From NCBI GenBank assembly GCA_951406725.2, contig OX597818.1, positions 20,770,001 to 20,834,000 of the forward strand: a DNA stretch of 64,000 bases, given 5' to 3'. The translations under genes and the position numbers were made by a program. This DNA comes from Octopus vulgaris (taxonomy: Eukaryota). Shown in pieces: positions 39,078 to 51,699 of the stretch. The notes below the pieces were generated by a model that did not search any database, was not told the origin of the DNA, and saw only the letters and a list, made by a program, of their open reading frames with translations. Position 1 is the stretch's first letter. Each line of letters begins with the position of its first letter.

Positions 39078-41193
39078 GTTAGAAAACCAATTTTGTTTGA
39101 AATACGAGATAAAAGGTAGTTTCGTGTATTTTTATTCATTTACCTTACTTTTTGTTTTTCATTATCTGCTTCGTTTAAAACTATGGTGTAAACGACATTT
39201 TGATGTCGGATGCGAGTTTGAGGGGCCGCAAGGTGATTTGTTTTTGCTGTTTGTTTCTTAATGGCTTTGTCAGAGGAGGAAGGGCAACAGCACCCTCGAC
39301 AATTGTGAGGGTGTCTGAGACGAGCATGTTGGAGGGCAGAAATTTTCCTCTATCCGGAACCTGGCTCGAATGCTCGCAGCAGACACCCGAGGAACGAGTA
39401 AGAGTGTTAAAACCAAGTGGAAAAATAGCCCCAATGACAGGCTTCCACGCAGTTTCCATCTGCGAAATTTCACACCCACACATATATATGTATGTAGGAT
39501 CCTGAACCGAATACCCTAACCACTAAGTTTTAAAACCGTGAGTTCGATTCCCGGCGATGCGTTCTGCTCTTGAGCAAGAAACTTTATTTTTTCCCGTTGC
39601 TCCAGTCCACTCTCAGCTGACAAAAATGAATAAGTACCTGTATTTCAAAGTGTTAGCCTTGTCACAACCTCTGTCACACTGAATTTCCTTGAGAACTACG
39701 TTAAGTGTATGCATATCTGTGGAGAGCTCAGCCACGTGGACGTTAATTTCACGAGCAGACTGTTCTGTTGACTGGAACACTCGTTGTCGTAATCAACGGA
39801 GTACCAGTTGAATTTGAGTTTATGTATGTATGTATGTATGTATGTATGTATGTATGTATGTATATATGTATGTATTTATATATGTATGTATGTGTATGCA
39901 TGTATGTATGTGTGTGTGTATGTATGTTTGTATCTATCTTTCTATCTATCTATTTATTCATGCAAGTTGTGGTCTATTTTTCTTCATTCTTTAAATATTG
40001 AGATTAAATTACGGTTTTCGGTTTGGTCAGAGGAAACGAAACAACGGCAAGGCTGTCTGAGGAAATGCATTAGATACCCACTAGATTTTGTATCCAGTCA
40101 CTGGTTCTGCAGCATGTTTCTTTGCATTCCGTGTTTAAATATTACTCAGATTAATACCACCACCTGGCACCTTGGGTGCCTTTAGCAGAAAGCATTCTGT
40201 TGTAAATATTTGGGGCATATCCCTCGTAAGAGGACACCTGCCAACCTCTCTCCCACTGGTCGGTCGTGGGAGCCCTGCGGATATCATAGGTACTGCCTTT
40301 CTTCCTGGTAAAAGATTATAAAAAAAAAAAAATCGGTGAGTTCACTAAGCTGTGTGTAGGCATCTTCCATCAACTGTAAATAAGCACTACTTAACAACTG
40401 AATCCACCTACTTGTACGTAGGTATCTCATCAGAGAAAACCGCCTAAATATAAATGGTTAGTTCTCAACACCTAAGATCACCTATTTTTTAATAGATGTT
40501 TCTCTTAATATCTGAGTCCACTGAGCTGTAAATAGGTACTGCTCAACAACAGAAACTGCCTTACTGTTTATAGGTAGCTCGCAACAGCTGAGTCTGCTTC
40601 CGTGTAGATAAGTTCCTCTTAACATTCGATGTCCACCAAACAATAAATTACTACCTTTCAATAGATAAGTCAATCTGATTGTAAACACACATATCTGGTT
40701 GTAAATAGATACATCTAAGCGTGTAACTCCAACAGAGTACAGCATAACAGTAAATAGGTATAATATAACAGTAAATAGGTACCATTTAAGTAGAAACTAA
40801 GTGATTAGCTGTTGCCTCTTACGTTATAATAAATAAGTCTCCGTAAAAACTGATACTGAGTTCAGATTCTTTCGCGGATAGTAATTTGAGACAATCACAT
40901 TCTGGCAGGCTGACGTAACTATGATACACTTTTGTACTTCGCGCCCTACTTCATACATTTGTTACGAGGAAAAGAGGTTACTGTACGTACGCGAAAGTGA
41001 TTCTCGAACTACCCGTTACAGTTTCCAGACCAGGTGGTGCGTTGTGTTCTTCAGCAAAACACTTCATTTCGCGTTACTCCAGTCCACTCAGCTGCAAATG
41101 GATAACCCATCGCCGGACTCGCGTTCAGTTCAGGGGGGATGTTGGCCTTCCCGCCTAGCCAGTAGGGTGACATCATTCAAAACTACAAGAAGT

Positions 41194-41449
41194 GCATTGT
41201 GACCAGCGGTGTATAACAACATCGATAATCTTGTTGATACTGTGATATGTCTGTGCATACACATAAATTTGACTCTACTTTCCGTATTGTGTCCCCTCAT
41301 CTGTTATAATCAGGGTTATTAAAGCAATCTTAAGAATAACAAATGAGGGGACATAATACGGAAAGTAGAATCAAATTTATGTATATACACAGACATATCA
41401 TTGTGTCAACAAGATTATCGATGCTGTTATATACCGCTGGTCACAATGC
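41194..41449. repeat. Inverted repeat, 114-bp arms, 28-nt spacer
   Basis: 41194-41307 (gcattgtgaccagcggt...gtcccctcatctgttat) pairs with 41336-41449. Confidence 0.92.
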
Positions 41450-42064
41450 GTTTCCTCGCATTGTTGTAACTTTCGCTAAATCATCCATAGATTTTCATGG
41501 TAAATACAGATATATTGATATAGAATTAAGTTCGGAATCAGCCGAATCGAGCGGCCTTTGCTGATGAAGCTACAGAAATAGTCGAAACTGACTGTCAGTA
41601 TAGTGAATTCTCGACCGGTGTTTTCGGGTGATTACAGTCCCTATCATTATATATATGTATATAATTATGTGCTTTAACTACAGCATTAGAGCTTGTTAGC
41701 TCTTATTTCTAGCAATGTAGGTGTTCCAACACCCTTAGTCACATTTAGTGACAATTGTAGTTTTTTTTTGGTAACACATTGCGCACGGTTGTATATATAA
41801 ATTTCATACACACACACACACACACACACACGCATACACACATATAAGGAGTTTATTCTTTATATTTTGCCAGTTTAATGACGGTGGAATAATATATGAG
41901 GAGGTCTAGGCCACAATTCCCTACATTCCGATCAACCAAGTAGAGTTGCCGCTAGTGGTCGTAGTGGTTGTGATGATGGTGGTGGGAGGGATCATGTTGG
42001 CCTGATGATGATGATGGTGATGACGATGATGATCACGATCCTGATGGACTTTCTACTTTTTCAG

Positions 42065-42157
42065 ATTCCCACGCGACAAGGAGACCTTACCGAACCATTT
42101 CTACTTTGTTGACTTCGAACGCCACAATGCCGAAATCGCAGCTTTCCATCTCGATAG
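42065..42157 (+). CDS. FAM20C: FAM20C coding exon 4 ([31 protein letters not shown])
   Basis: Acceptor ctttttcag, donor AG|GTGAGC. Contains the [14 protein letters not shown] signature with Glu at the metal-binding position (Gln in Fam20A). Confidence 0.97.
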
Positions 42158-42212
42158 GTGAGCAAGGTTTCTTCAATCTATCTGGTATACTTTATGTAAC
42201 ATCCTCTCTCTT

Positions 42213-42277
<65 letters not shown>

Positions 42278-42282
42278 ATATA

Positions 42283-43435
42283 TCTTTATATATATAAAAC
42301 TGAGAATGTGTGTCTGTCTGTCTGTCTGTCTGTCTGTGTATTTCCCTAAAACTTGACAACTACTCAACCAATTTCATTCAAATTTACACATGCCTTACTT
42401 AGGGCCCGGGGAGTGTCATCGGCAAAAAAAATTTTGAACTTTTTGCCTAGAACGAGCCCACAGCAATATCATATCTTCTCCACTACGATTCCCTAAAACT
42501 TGAGAACTACACAACCAGTTTCATTCAATTTTACACATGCCTTACTTAGGGTCCATGTAGTTTCACGGGCAAAAAAATGTTCAACTTCTTGCCTAGAGCG
42601 AGCCCATAGCAATATCATATCTTCTCCACTATTTCAGTATTACGTGTTAAAAGTGAAACAAAAACATTTCTCTATTTTATGTCAGATACTTTCACTTTAA
42701 CAATAAAAATAATAATAACAATTGAATTATATGTAGTAAGTAATTATTAAAATCAAACTAAAGTATAATATAATCGTAACGTGACAAAAGTAAAAATAGC
42801 AATTGGTATAAAATTGCATCAATTGAATAAGTGGTTTCACATGAATGGGAATAAATTAAAAATAAAATTAGCGTGCAGAAATGGAATAGTCCAGATGGAT
42901 AATAAAAAGTTAAATTAAAGAAAAGACTATTGTCTATAAAGTATACAATGTAGAGAAAAAGATTTGAACACATGGAGGAAAGCACCTTCGAAAAGTGTCT
43001 TGGTGCGACTATGAAAGATATCTAATCAGAGGCGGTAAATGCGCCACAATAGAAGCAAGGTTCGAGTCAACGGAGCGTGCAAGGGAGTACTCGACTCGAA
43101 CTTGCAAAGTGGAAATATTTTATTTTTACCTTTATATCTGGGACGTAGAACATCCAGGAAAAAAATTTTAAATGCCCCCCCCCCCCGAAGTAGAGGTAGG
43201 CTGGATTGTAGCCACACTTCTATACAAGAGGGAGGACAAGAGACGGGCTAACAATTCCAGTCTGTTATATATTTTGAGTATTGTTATCACTCGCGATATC
43301 AAGATATAACTTTGTATTTTGTATTTTATGTGTACATGTATATATATAGATGTACATGTAATATGTATACATATATATACACATATATACATGCACTAGC
43401 ACTATGACCCGGCAACGACGGGTCTTTAATGCTAG
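42283..43435 (+). mobile_element. Non-autonomous Helitron-like element
   Basis: 5' end A|TCtttatatatataaaa...(GTCT)n; internal ~140-bp duplication; 3' hairpin gacccg.caacga.cgggtc then CTAG|T at 43432-43435. Confidence 0.72.
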
Positions 43436-43550
43436 TACATATATATAACTGAGTTTGCATGATTGTGTATAGAAGAATATATTAATCAATGAAATTCCAA
43501 CTTAGTTTGATTTACACGTTTTATTTTTTTTTACAATTTTACAGTATTAA

Positions 43551-43592
43551 AATAAACTAGTACTTTCATGTGTTACACAATCATCAGGTTAT
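43551..43592 (-). ncRNA. Minimal type I hammerhead ribozyme motif (Penelope type)
   Basis: Reverse complement ataac CTGATGA t tgtg taa caca t GAAA gtac TA gtttat: canonical core, stem II, palindromic AGTACT and helix I aac/gtt. Confidence 0.65.
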
Positions 43593-43893
43593 GTAGTGAC
43601 AGTCGTGTTCCACAATTGACAACTGTCAATACATACATATATATATATATATTATAGTACAAGATGGAATGAGCAAGCTTTATTCCAAATAACTACAACT
43701 GTTTCTGCGCATTAGTACCAGCTCGTAATTGCTGAATGTTTCACATATTATTCACATTCTTGCACTCATATGATTCTTTGCATTCATAACCAAACTACAT
43801 TTAGCTACATCTATGTGCTTTTTACCAAAGATTTCTATTTTCCAAATAACGTAATCACATACGAGAACATCTATAATACATACATTACATACA

Positions 43894-43924
<31 letters not shown>

Positions 43925-44625
43925 CATACATACATACATACATACATACATACATACATACATACGTACATACATACATATATACTTAGATACACGCATA
44001 CATATATATGTGTGTGTGTGCGTGTGTGAGTGTGTAGGTATGTATGTATATATAAACAAATGAAAATAGAGTTAAATAACTCTTCTAAGCCCACTAACTC
44101 TACACAACACATAACCCAAACACCTCCAAGTCTGGCCACAATCAAAAGATACAACATCCATTTTTTAATCATTTCACTAATCTGACGACTTCTGATTTGA
44201 GATGAAACCCTTAGTCATTGAGTTATACTGAACCTTCCAATACGTAAAATAATGTTACAACGGTTTTACACTACGTTGTAACACACCGCACCATTCCAAG
44301 TAGACCACACTTGCTAACCAGAGAATGATCTTCCATGCGGTCGCTGAAACTGCAAGTAAGTACCCCTGAGATCACATACTGCCATCTCTAAAAGAAATGT
44401 TACATTCAGTTTTGGTGCCATGGAAACCGTTGAAAAGACCGAATAGTCCTGCTGGAATGTCGTTTATCATAAAGTCTACCAAATAAATTGTGATTGACCT
44501 GACACTAAATAACAACAATATACAACTCTATGACAACGTAAGCACCACATCATACAATAGAAAATTAATTACTTTAGCACCTTTCTCATATTACTTCTCT
44601 TACTTTCGATCTTTTATAACTCCAG

Positions 44626-44738
44626 GATACTGAACTTTAATCGAGTCCCGCCCAATTCCGGACGTCTTATCAATATGACACGAGATATCAGAAGACTTTC
44701 CGATAAGAAACTGGCAAAAACATTTTTCATATCTCCAG
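44626..44738 (+). CDS. FAM20C: FAM20C coding exon 5 ([37 protein letters not shown])
   Basis: Acceptor ctccag, donor G|GTAAGG. Matches the Fam20 RVPP..GR..NMT..I and TFFISPA motifs. Confidence 0.96.
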
Positions 44739-44775
44739 GTAAGGAAAAACTTTAATTAGTTAATTAATTCGCCGT

Positions 44776-45128
44776 TTATTACCTCCGCCTTCGCTAAGGC
44801 GAAGGTATTATTTTCAGTCGTGTTTGTTTGTTTGTCCGTGGACAAGATATCTCAAGAACCGCTGGGTGGATTCGGATGAAACTTTCAGGGATGCTTGGCC
44901 TCATGACTCGCACGAACTGATTAGATTTTGGGATCGATCCGGACAAGAATTCTGGATTATTTTTCCTGTTTTTTTTTAACTTAATTTTTGAGAGCGGTCG
45001 GGTTCATTTTTAGTATTTTTAGTCGAGTTTATTTCAGATATTCTCATTTTAAAAATCATCTCCGGCTAATCGTTGAGAAGGTGTTGGTGTTGCCTTGGTG
45101 GAGGTTTGCGCTCTCTGAGTGCTCTTCT
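44776..45128 (+). mobile_element. HINE/DINE-like (Helentron-associated) non-autonomous element
   Basis: ttattacctccgcc at the 5' end, (GTTT)n, the inverted subterminal copy ggtggaggt, and a 3' hairpin-like gcgctc..gagtgc. Confidence 0.65.
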
Positions 45129-45618
45129 TATTGATATTTTCTACCTTCAGAACAGAGAGACATAAGAAATACCGCTCCAATATTTTCCTTACAAATTTTT
45201 TTTACGTTCTGAGATTATAAATTCCACCTAACGACTAAATTAGAACATGGCGTCTTTTGTTGTGGCTTAACTCATGAGCAACTTTGAATAGAGCAACGAT
45301 GTTCTAGTTTTGGTCACTTTGCCTCTGTATCAGCATCTAGGTTTATTTAGTTGAATTTCTCCTTCAGACATAAGTACATTACTATTTTAAAGGAGGCGCT
45401 TAGCAAGTGAAATGACAATAATAGTAACAAACCAGACTTAAACACTGGTTTTGGTTCCGTACTACGATATGCTTTTTAAGCAAACTAAAATGTATTAATT
45501 CTATATAAGAGGCATCGATCTACCAAAATGGACACTCTCGCTACAGTTAAAAATTAAAACAAAAAAAAAGTGGGTGAAAAATGTAATGTTCTTCAATTTC
45601 AATTCTATTCCGTTACAG

Positions 45619-45909
45619 CCAAAAACGTCTGCTTCCATGGAAGCTGCTCTTACTACTGTGATACAAGTCACGCAATCTGTGGCAACCCAGATATGCTGGA
45701 AGGATCTTTTGCACTTCTACTTCCACCGGACAAAGTGGCTCCGCGCAAAATATGGCGGTCGCCCTGGAGACGTTCTTATTCGAAGCATCGAAAGGCACTG
45801 TGGGAAATCTACGACGATTATTGCGACCAAGTTCGAACAAAGCCTCCATTCGACAAAGGTCGTCGCCTACTTGATATGACTGATATGGCAGTGTTTGATT
45901 TCCTAACAG
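45619..45909 (+). CDS. FAM20C: FAM20C coding exon 6 ([30 protein letters not shown]...SPWRRSY...DMAVFDFLT)
   Basis: Acceptor ttacag, donor G|GTAAGT. Cys-rich insertion CF.G.CSYYC...HA.CG, then PWRRSY and FDFL. Confidence 0.97.
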
Positions 45910-46954
45910 GTAAGTGCAATTGACTTTTTATTTATTTATTAATTCATTCAGTTATTTTTGTCCAAGCACTTATCCCATTCCATGCAGATTCGCAATTTTT
46001 CATACATTCATATTGTTGCTTTTATACTAAATAATCACACCCATATACTTAAGTGTAAATATATGTATAAGCATATATACGTGTATGTATGTGTACGTGT
46101 GCATTTTTATCCTGAGTATGACTTTAACTATATCCGGTAGGGGCTCAGTTACCAGCGGTTTGAGGAATGCGGAACTACACCATAGCCACTATTGTCCCAA
46201 GTTCTACCTTGCCCCCAAATAGTAGCATCTGTTAGATTATCTCTGCTATGGGTTAACTGGTATGTGACACAATGGGAGCGAAGGACCCCTGGTTCTCATA
46301 AGATCTTCCTTCTTGGAGAAGGTAAACTTATATAAATAAATAAACCCAAAGTGCAGTTGGTTTCTGGTCGTCTCAACTTCTGTTGTGCTACTGGTGTTAT
46401 AGTTGATTCTGCTGAACCATGAGTTCAGTGCTGTGCAACACTTGATCCCACTCAAAACAAATCCATGCACAGAGACCTCTCGAACTCTTGGAACATTTGT
46501 GTGGACTTACTGAGTTTAAGAAGCGGTCTTACTCGGTCAGAGTTCACTTCCGCCATATGTATATTTAACAACGTTTTCTCTTTCTCTCTCTTCCTCTTTT
46601 TCTCTCTCTCCCTCTCTTTCTCGTACGCACACACACACATGCACATACGCATACGCATAAAGAAAAACAATGTTTTTTTTTATTTTGATAAAATGAAAAA
46701 TACACACACACACACACACACGAACACACACACACGCACATACACACACACACAAGCAAACATTTTGAATGACATAAACAGGAAACTCGCTTACTACTTG
46801 ATGGATTTAGTCTTTCCAGCTCTTTCTCTCGGAAATTCACTGAGTATAGTGGTCTTTTTATTGTACTCCTGGCATGTAGAAACAACTCAACATCATTTAC
46901 CATCACTCATACCCTCTTGTACAAGTATTTATCTTTTCTTTTTTTTCTTTTTAG

Positions 46955-47036
46955 GAAACATGGACAGGCATCATTACGACACATTCCGGGAATTTGGAAA
47001 CGACACGTTCCCTCTACATCTCGATAATGGTAGAGG
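46955..47036 (+). CDS. FAM20C: FAM20C coding exon 7, catalytic loop ([28 protein letters not shown])
   Basis: Long polypyrimidine tract + ttag, donor GG|GTGAGT. Contains the catalytic DRHHY and metal-binding DNG motifs. Confidence 0.97.
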
Positions 47037-47308
47037 GTGAGTATTATGAATTACTGCGATTGGTAAAATGATTATTATTGCAACAGATAAAATTCCTTGT
47101 AATATTTGCTCCGGCTCTTTAAGGCCGGAGTTCAAATATTATAAAGAATAACTTTCCCTTTCATCCTTCCGGGATGGATAAAGTACATGTAAAGTGCAGG
47201 AGTCAATATAATGAATTGTTCGTTGCTCCCTGCTCCTAATATTACTTTGCTTGTACCTACGTAAGAAATTATTATTTCTTCTCTCTTTCTTTTTCCATTC
47301 ACAGTGAT

Positions 47309-47354
<46 letters not shown>

Positions 47355-47996
47355 ACTTTCTCTCTCCCTCACTCACACACGCGCATATCTTTATTTTCTC
47401 CAAAATTATTCATTTCTTCTTTCCTGTCTCTCCTTAAACATTCAGTTAACGATGCACCATCTATCATGTATATCCCATTAACAAAAACGAATAGTAAGCT
47501 ATATGTAATGATATACCTTACTATATATGTATCTACCTGTACATTCTAGATTATGCATCAGGCACTGTTTGATACATAATTAATTAATTTTGTGATGTCA
47601 ATTATATTTAATACTTGTGGTGAAGAGTGGTTATTGTATATGAGGTCAGAACCTCATCTATGAGGATGTGAATATTCATTCATTTTTTCATGCTGCCCAC
47701 GAAAGTAGTGTTATGCAAATCGGACTAACCGATTGGTGAAGACATAATACATAGTGACTTTAAACAGATACAAGCATAACGATATTTGAAGTTGAAAAAG
47801 CTCAGGACTTCCTTTGCAGCCGCCAGTTTCGTGAAAACAAAACTTGCCAAACTTGTCATTTGATGCACAAGCATCGTATGCCAAACAGGAGTCCCACCAG
47901 GAACTTTTCTAGTCTTTTCAGTTTCAAAAATTATACCTAAATGCATACCTACATGCATACTTACATGCATACATATATGCATGTATACATACATAC

Positions 47997-48027
<31 letters not shown>

Positions 48028-48549
48028 TGTATGTATGTATGTATGTATGTATGTATGTATGTATGTATGTATGCATGTATGTATGTATGTCTTTGAGGGG
48101 AACCGACGTCCTGAGCATTGATGTAAATAAATAAGCATAACTTTTGGCAGATGTGAATGCTAAAGAGTTAATTCTATGATTCCCAGACTCCTTTTCTCTG
48201 GGATGCATTTTCGGAATGAAAATTTGCTCGCCCCTCACCAAGTTTTATGTGATAAAACGTACATTTAATTTTTTTTTTTAAACGCCTAATAGTGCATTAA
48301 ATATAATATATAACACAACTTATAATATGTTTAGATTACACAAATTTAATGAAAGGTATGAGCTTGTTTTTGATGAGTAATCTCCTTTATATTAGACTTA
48401 ATTTGAAATAGACAAACTCATATCTCATCAGCACAAAGAAGCCTTCCCCTTTTTGGGGTTTTTGATGTTTGTCAGAGCTGAAAATCCTTTTTCACAGCAA
48501 TATATTAATTCTTACTGACGTTTGCTGATTTTTGTTTCTCTCATCACAG

Positions 48550-48835
48550 GTTTGGAAGAAGCAACTACGACGAGCTCACCATTTTAGCCCCTGTCTTCCA
48601 ATGTTGTCTGATACGCTATTCGACCATCATGAAGCTGTTTCGCTTTCACCGGGGACCAGTACCGCTCAGCCAGATGATGCAACAGTCTCTTGCCTCCGAC
48701 AGTCTATTTCCGATACTCACCAAAACTCATTTAAATGCGCTGGACAGAAGAGTCGCGATTATTTTACGGACAGTTTATGAATGTGTTATACGCGGAAATG
48801 CTGTAGCGGATGTAATTGTCGATGATGGATTTTAA
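48550..48835 (+). CDS. FAM20C: FAM20C coding exon 8, terminal (FGRSNYDELTILAPVFQCCLIRYST...HLNALDRRVAIIL...DDGF*)
   Basis: Acceptor cacag. Matches the DEL.IL.P..QCC.IR.ST and HL.ALDRR motifs. Stop TAA at 48833-48835; AATAAA at 48874. Confidence 0.96.
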
Positions 48836-49322
48836 CAGTTTGATGGAATCAGAACAGTTCAGAACTTGATTGGAATAAATCGTATCAAATCAGAATTCAA
48901 ATTATGTGGATTCAGAAAGCAACGGAGCGCAGCGGTAGCTACGGCTCGGATTCATTGTATATTATATATACGACGGACAATGTGGCACCACGAGGTCTTG
49001 CCTGTTTAAGCGTGTGTGTGAGTTTGTGTGTGTCTATGTGTGTATGTGAGTGTTTGTATACGAGTAAATGTGTATCAGGGTGTGTATATTACGGTCGTGC
49101 ATTTGAGCATTACTTCACTACGTATGCCTATATATATATATGCATGCATGTATATATACATATACATACATGCATCTATATATATATACATACATATATA
49201 TATATGTATCTATGTATGTATATGTATATATGTATGTATATAGATATAAGTTTATATAGGAATGTATTTGTATATATGTATATAAATATGTATATGTAGT
49301 TTATACGTATGTATATATTATA

Positions 49323-49371
<49 letters not shown>

Positions 49372-49521
49372 GTATGTATGTATTTATGTGCATGTATATA
49401 TGTGTGTTTATACATGTATGTGTACATAGTTTTTTAAAGTCGTGTAACTGAAGATTTCTTGTAAACATAATATACACATAAAAAGTCCTTACATATATAT
49501 ATAAATATATACATTCATATA

Positions 49522-50369
49522 CAGAGAGGGTGAAAAGTAAGTAGGCATTAAAATTAGTCATAAAATCCATATTTCTTTTACAAATTTATTAAAACAAGTA
49601 ATACATGTTCTTCATTACATGGGAATATGAAAGTAAATCTTCATATTTCAACGTAAGCACTGTTGGCGTCAACTAGTTTCCTGAAACGGCCAGGGATGGA
49701 ATGAACAACCTTCTGAAGGACGTCGTCTAGAATATCATTGAGAATTCTCCAAGTCCTCCAGTATGCACGTTTTTGTCTTGTACACCTCCTCTTTTGTGTA
49801 ACCCCACAGGTAAAAATCACCGGGAGTGAGATCTGGATTTCTTGGAGTTCTGGACTTCTGCGGTCAGTGTTCAGGTTTTAGCTCCTGCACGTAATGTGGT
49901 TTCCACGGACGAAAATTCAATTCTTTATGCAACACCGTGCTTGACATGTTGATTTTTGCGGGCTGCAATTAAACATTTCCTGGACTGTTGCCACGTTCTC
50001 CGCTGATCGGGATGTGATTGGACGACCACTTCTTCTTGCATCGTTCACAGAGCCCGTGGTCATCAGCTCTGCATGACAACTTTTTATTGTCTCCGGACGT
50101 AGTGTTGCATGCTTACCTTTCCACGCACTCCACCATCTCTGAACCAAAACAAAGGAATTCCACACTTCATAGCGTGCTGTTATCTTAGCTCGCTCCTGAA
50201 CAGTCAAGCGGCTGGTCATCTGGAAATTAAGAAATAAGAAATAAAACAATAAGAAAATAAAAATCCCCAATAGTTTTGTCTGTTTAAAAAAATGTTTTCG
50301 TCATGACTTCAGTGATACTAAAAATTCTATAAGCAGTTTCTAATGCCTAGTTACTTTCCACCCACTCTG
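49522..50369 (-). mobile_element. Internally deleted Tc1/mariner-superfamily transposon with TIRs and TA duplication
   Basis: ta|cagagagggtgaaaagtaagtaggcatta ... taatgcctagttactttccacccactctg|ta. The minus strand encodes the HTH region (TGSVNDARRSGRP) and PRNPDLTPGDFYLWG. Confidence 0.9.
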
Positions 50370-50371
50370 TA

Positions 50372-50496
50372 CTTAAACAAGAATATCATTGACAGGAACT
50401 TCGAAGCTTCTGCCAGCCAAGCCATCATCGGCGAGTTCGACGATGGCTTGGCTGACCGAAATTTCGATGTCACTGTCAACAATATTCTTGTTTAAG
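50372..50496. repeat. 125-bp palindrome / fold-back MITE
   Basis: cttaaacaagaatat...cagccaagccatcatcg / cgacgatggcttggctg...atattcttgtttaag. A related ttcgaagcttc motif occurs at 29830-29900. Confidence 0.88.
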
Positions 50497-51699
50497 AATA
50501 ATAAATTTGTACTCTACAAAAGTATAGAGTAGCCCTTCGGATTAATGTAAAATTGTTTTTGTTATAACTGAACATAAAAACAAACGTGTGTGTATGTGTG
50601 TGTATATAGACATGTTGGGGAGGAGGTTATGTATATATTTATACAAATATATGCAAATGTATGTTTACAAATTTACAATGATGTAGCTTGTGGTAGTATT
50701 GGTAGTGGTAGTAGGAAGTATACTGTTGATCAGTATTGTATATTATTCTCATATTGGGGTGATGGTGGTAGTGATGGTGCTGCTACTCCTGTTGTTGATC
50801 GTTCTGGTGGTGGATTGTGGTGGTAGAATTACAGTTTGGGTTCAATGATGAGAGCTTCGTTGTTTCATGTGCACTGTAGACTTCATGCACTACGTAAACA
50901 ATCGATTATGTAGATGAGGTTCAATGGCGTTCGCTATATCTCTCGTTTCATCTCAATGACGCGACTAAAGTTCTTGCAACGGTGAGCTGCCAGAACCGTA
51001 ACCGCACCGGACGAAACGCTTAATGGAATTTCTCCTGTCTCTTTACGTTCTGAGTTTAAATGTCGCTGATCTCCACATCACTTTTCATTTTTTTTTTTGG
51101 TGGGGGTGGGGGTCGATAAAATAAGTACCAGTTGAGCACTGGGGTCAATAATATCGACTTCTCCCTTGTCTTAAAACTGCCGGCCTTGTGCCAAAATTAG
51201 AAAAAACTATTCCATTAAGCCTTTTTATGGTTTGAGTTCAAATCGTGCTGGTATTGACTTGGACTTGAGTCGATTAAATACACGCTATATCAGCCATGTA
51301 ATAGAGTCACGTCAGCTAATTATGCCTCCATTCTCTGTAATTTTGAGACTTTGTCTCAATGTAAGAAACCGGTTTAGTAGAGAAGCCTAAATGAGAATAT
51401 AGGCTTTGAAATAAATTTTTCATGAATTACTTTTTCAGTCTGGTTTCGAATCATACTTAATTCCGCTATTACACCATTTCAATTCCCATGTCATTTTCTC
51501 TATCAAGATCCCTAGCAAAACAACAAAAAAGAAAGAAAGAGAAAACACTTAGATTTTATGCCTTCATAAAACTCATTTTTATACAATGTAGCAGTAGGCA
51601 GAATGTGAAGGATTATATCAAAGACCTCAATATAGTTCTAGTGCTCACTTGGATCATTGTATGAAGCATTTCCATTCATTTCACAACGGATCGATAAAT

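Noticed and set aside
40385-40435. Minus-strand CTGATGA plus stem (acctac/gtaggt)
   Set aside because: The GAAA half of the core is missing; at most a dead relic.
42065-47036. Assignment as FAM20A pseudokinase or FAM20B xylose kinase
   Set aside because: The sequence has [13 protein letters not shown] (Glu, not the Fam20A Gln; aromatic FYF dimer-interface motif of the C/A branch) plus intact DRHHY and DNG. A phylogeny would be the final test.
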